Made by a program: the position numbers and the translations under genes. From assembly GCA_016840085.1 (NCBI GenBank), contig JAEOTA010000002.1, positions 1-43,556 of the forward strand: a stretch of DNA of 43,556 nt, given 5' to 3'. This DNA comes from Promethearchaeota archaeon (lineage in GTDB: Archaea > Asgardarchaeota > Lokiarchaeia > Sigyniarchaeales > SOKP01). Shown in pieces: positions 40,116-43,556 of the stretch. Position 1 is the first letter of the stretch. Every line of letters begins with the position of its first letter. Under the pieces are notes generated by a model. The model was not told the DNA's origin and ran no database searches. It was given only the letters and a program-made list of their open reading frames with translations.

Positions 40116-42029
40116 TTAATTTGAAAGTAATAATTGTTTTTGTTCCTCTATCTCTGCAAGGAAAAGGTCTACGATTGCTAACCATTTGTTTTTTGTATCA
40201 AGATCACTTATAATTTTATTTGTTAACTCTTTTCCTTTCTTAAGATATTCAATTGCTAACTCATAATTTTCAAGTGCAGTATAACAGATTCCTAATTTAA
40301 TATAAGTCTGGTGTATATACCACTCATTAGGTTCAAGTTCTATTGCTTTTTGGAATTCTTCTATGGCATTTTCATATTCTTTAAAGGATATTAAGATTTC
40401 TCCATATGTATCATGATAAATTCCTTTCTCTGGTTCATTTTCGGTGAGAACCCGAAGAATGGCCAAAGCTTCTTCTTTTCTACCCAAATATGATAACCAA
40501 TATGCCTTATAATTATGTAGAGTATTGTCTTTCGGATATTTTTCGAGTAATTCTTCGATAATTTCTAACCCAGTTTCTACATTTTTATCTTTTTTAAGAG
40601 TGTAAGCTTTTTTTATCATAATATCAACTTCTTTTTCAGGAAATTCTTCAATCATTTTCTCTAATACCATTAATGCATCATTGTATTGGTTAAAATAAAT
40701 TAGAATTCTAATCTTTGAATTATATAATTCATAGTTCTTAGGGTTCAAGTCGATTTCTTTATCAATTTCTTTAATTTTTTCTTCGTATTGGGATTCTAAG
40801 GTTTCAGAACTCTGTGATTGCATCATATCTGTCATGCTCTGCCAAATAATTCCTTCTAGTTTATCATATGCTTCTTTTAATTCTTTTTTGATCTCAATTT
40901 TATATGCTAAATATTTAATATAGCTTGGTAAAAATTCTCTCAATGATTCCTTTAAATCCTTAATGAATATTATTTTACAAATTTCTTCAAGGATATCATT
41001 TATCATAGATTTTATGTTCCCAGAACTTCCAAATTTTTCTAAATATTTGTTTTTTGTAATATGTTCTTCGGTAATAGCTCGAAGCATCTTCTCTAATTTT
41101 TCATCTGATTGGAAGTAATAATATTTATCTGGAGAAATTTCTAATTTAAAAAACTTTAAGTCGTATAAGTTGCTTTCTACAATTTCATCAACCCAAAAAT
41201 CAAGAATTTTCTTTTTAATTTGATAAAATCTCGAAAATTCCTCAAAAGATAGATAGTCAGGATAAAAATCGGGATGATTAATTGAAATAAAGAGTAAAAT
41301 TTTATGAAAATCCTCTTCATCTTTTAAAATTGTCTTAACTTTTGAATAGTCCAATTTTAACACATTGGTGAGAAATCTAAATTTAACATAATCATCAGTT
41401 ATATTAAATTTGTCAAAAAACCATGAAGTTTTTGTCGTGATTTCGTCGATTCGTTTACTTTCCTCTTCTAAAATTGTTTGTCTGTCCAAATCATAATGTT
41501 GCAGAATCCTCGAATATTCTGTTTTACCTGATTGAGTAATTATATATCTTTTGTTTTCTTTGACAATAAATCCCTTTTGCATTAATGAACTTAGATTCTT
41601 TGATAAGGAGGTTTGATTTATAGAAAAGGGTTCTTCAAGAAAATCAGACCTTTTGCAAAAGCCATTATTGTACACCATCCAAAGAATCCAATAGGAATAA
41701 TTCCTGCCACTTTTTAAAATGATTTCAGGGGGATAACTTAACTTTCGTCCCTTTTTTCTTGCTATAGATAACTCATGAAATCTCTTTTTTCCTTCTGGAG
41801 TTATTCTGTATTGCCCTCTAGAAAACTTATCTATAAACCCCTTGCGGATTAATTTAGCAAAATGGCGTGATAGTGTGGCTATGGGAATTTCAACTGGCTT
41901 TTGCACAAAATTAGACCATTCGCAACTTTCATTATTTGTTAGCATCCAAAGAATTATTTGTTCATAATTCTTCCTTTTTAGTTTCGGCGGGTTAAGAATC
42001 TCTTGAGAGGGGTAATTTACTTTTCCCAT
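40116..42029 (-). CDS. Regulator-like protein: two tandem winged-helix domains plus C-terminal TPRs
   Basis: Internal repeat NYEQIILWMLTNN..YRITPEG / NYSYWILWMVYNN..YIITQSG; TPRs such as YHDTYGEIL..AIEEFQKAIELEP. Confidence 0.85.
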   Translation of the reverse strand: MGKVNYPSQEILNPPKLKRKNYEQIILWMLTNNESCEWSNFVQKPVEIPIATLSRHFAKLIRKGFIDKFSRGQYRITPEGKKRFHELSIARKKGRKLSYPPEIILKSGRNYSYWILWMVYNNGFCKRSDFLEEPFSINQTSLSKNLSSLMQKGFIVKENKRYIITQSGKTEYSRILQHYDLDRQTILEEESKRIDEITTKTSWFFDKFNITDDYVKFRFLTNVLKLDYSKVKTILKDEEDFHKILLFISINHPDFYPDYLSFEEFSRFYQIKKKILDFWVDEIVESNLYDLKFFKLEISPDKYYYFQSDEKLEKMLRAITEEHITKNKYLEKFGSSGNIKSMINDILEEICKIIFIKDLKESLREFLPSYIKYLAYKIEIKKELKEAYDKLEGIIWQSMTDMMQSQSSETLESQYEEKIKEIDKEIDLNPKNYELYNSKIRILIYFNQYNDALMVLEKMIEEFPEKEVDIMIKKAYTLKKDKNVETGLEIIEELLEKYPKDNTLHNYKAYWLSYLGRKEEALAILRVLTENEPEKGIYHDTYGEILISFKEYENAIEEFQKAIELEPNEWYIHQTYIKLGICYTALENYELAIEYLKKGKELTNKIISDLDTKNKWLAIVDLFLAEIEEQKQLLLSN

Positions 42030-42225
42030 GTTCTATGAAAACAAAATATTTTGTTCAATAGGTATAAATTGGGATCTTTTCTATTTATATCTATTTTTCA
42101 AAACTTTCATAAGAATTCGGAATTTCCAGGGAATTATCGAAACTACAATTATAAAGGGAATTTTCTCTATAATTTCTATTAATAATCTAGTTGATCGCAC
42201 AAAAATAAAAAAGAGGGGTATAAAA

Positions 42226-43047
42226 ATGGAACGAATCGTTATGGAGATTGATACGAAATTCAATAAGGCACTTACCGAACTAGAAGAATTTTTGCCTAAA
42301 GATAAACACCCTCTTTCTTTAGGATTAGACCATCCAAGCGTCAAAAAAGTAATACAAATTGCTTTAGAACTCACGAAAGAAAAGAGATTAATTACTACCG
42401 AGCTCCTTTATAACATAGCAAAGAAACAATTAAAAATTCCCAAATGGGGGCTTAATAAAATAATTCAGATGCTGTTAAAGAAAAAGATTTTAGTTGATGG
42501 TTCAAAGTTCATAAAAACAACGGTACTAAAGAATAAGACTAGAAGTTACATTTATTGGGAAATTAAAACACATACTGGTGCTCATTTCTCCTTTTTAAAA
42601 GAACAGGTTTCTTTTCAAAAAGAACATGAGATAGGTGTTGGTCAGTTGATTTGGCATTTAAAGAAATTGCTTGAGTTTAATTTAATAAAAAAAGTGAAAG
42701 TGAAAAACTATGTTCTTTATCTGCCTATTGAGATTGATAACGATATTGGAATCTTTTATTTTTTGCTAAGAGATGAGATAAATAGAAAAATTGTTGAGTT
42801 TGTACTTGAACAAGGAATTATTAATAGAAACGATCTCTATAACCAATTAGAACTAAAGAGAGAAAATTTACATTATCATACTAAAATTTTAATCGAATTT
42901 AATATAATATTGCCTCCAGTCGAAGATGAGAACAGCATCATGATAAATCCAAAAAAGAAGAATTTAATATGTGAAGTTATAAACAATTTTCCAAATAAAG
43001 TATCAATTAAAGAACAAAATGGGTTAATTTCAAAGAACTTATGTTAA
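42226..43047 (+). CDS. Multi-winged-helix transcriptional regulator
   Basis: NKTRSYIY..IK...GAHFS, GQLIWHLKKL, LHYHTKIL. Probable start is ATG 42226 after GAGGGG. Confidence 0.8.
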   Translation: MERIVMEIDTKFNKALTELEEFLPKDKHPLSLGLDHPSVKKVIQIALELTKEKRLITTELLYNIAKKQLKIPKWGLNKIIQMLLKKKILVDGSKFIKTTVLKNKTRSYIYWEIKTHTGAHFSFLKEQVSFQKEHEIGVGQLIWHLKKLLEFNLIKKVKVKNYVLYLPIEIDNDIGIFYFLLRDEINRKIVEFVLEQGIINRNDLYNQLELKRENLHYHTKILIEFNIILPPVEDENSIMINPKKKNLICEVINNFPNKVSIKEQNGLISKNLC

Positions 43048-43556
43048 TGAAGTTTATCAAAAGAGAATTTTAGATCTGCGCGAAAATGCAAAGTTTTGTC
43101 AATAAACATATTAATGCTTCGACAAACTCATATTCTGTCAGTTTTTGTAAATATTAGCAGAAATTTGACATTTTTTTAGACAATAAGAGCTATACTTGAG
43201 ATTCTTCGAATGAAAAAAAAAATCCTTCCTTGTGGTTTTAAATAGTTAATTCAAATTAATTTGTCATAAATGTAAATTTATTAAAAAATGTGAAAAAAAT
43301 GCAAAAAAACAAAAAAATCTTGTTAATACTTACGATTGTCATTACATTGATTAATAATTAAAAGGGTGAACCAATTATAAGAGTAAAGAAAAAAATAAAT
43401 TGAGTAAATTTTAACTTTTAATTTTTTTTTTTTTTTTACTTATTCTTGTATTAATTACTTCCTTTATAATAGTTCCATACCTATTAGATTTATGTCGTGC
43501 GATTTGAGCCCTCCATTACAAGAGAAGCGAGCGCAAAATCTAAGCATCAAGATTAA

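Noticed and set aside
42028-42374. 5' extension of the last regulator and ORF 42081-42374
   Set aside because: The extension overlaps the divergent gene's start and looks non-coding, so ATG 42226 is preferred. The antisense ORF is a shadow.
1-43556. CRISPR arrays, tRNA/rRNA, selenoprotein UGA/SECIS, intact integrase or transposase
   Set aside because: Looked for by eye and none found. TGA codons at 15252 and 30265 are ordinary stops overlapping downstream starts.

Overview
AT-rich archaeal chromosome segment, most consistent with an Asgard archaeon (Lokiarchaeia/Promethearchaeia). Support: archaeal-type eS6 and uL16, a Loki-expanded N-terminal domain, a Loki-like histone fold and a small-GTPase remnant. 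Layout: (i) small accessory genes with Zn ribbons and a PD-(D/E)XK nuclease (1-2900); (ii) a frameshifted rps6e; (iii) a GC-richer sugar island: GH31 YicI-type glycosidase, CUT1 ABC transporter and divergent TrmB (about 3.6-11.5 kb); (iv) an accessory block of unknown genes (13-20 kb) with a divergent wHTH/RHH-like pair and phased operator-like repeats, an unannotated Zn-finger ORF coupled to a 564-aa protein ending in a degenerate histone fold, and a tandem paralog pair; (v) divergent dnaK/grpE, MNT-HEPN, a B12 acyl-CoA mutase operon with isobutyryl-CoA-mutase-type residues, Fe-S/LutAB-like genes, an SDR, an MSMEG_0568-type radical SAM, uL16 apparently starting at ATC, a His-loop-less CoA-ligase-like protein, NifU and wHTH/TPR regulators. 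Intergenic regions hold many gene remnants missed by the ORF track. All family calls come from motif recognition by eye; no searches were run.
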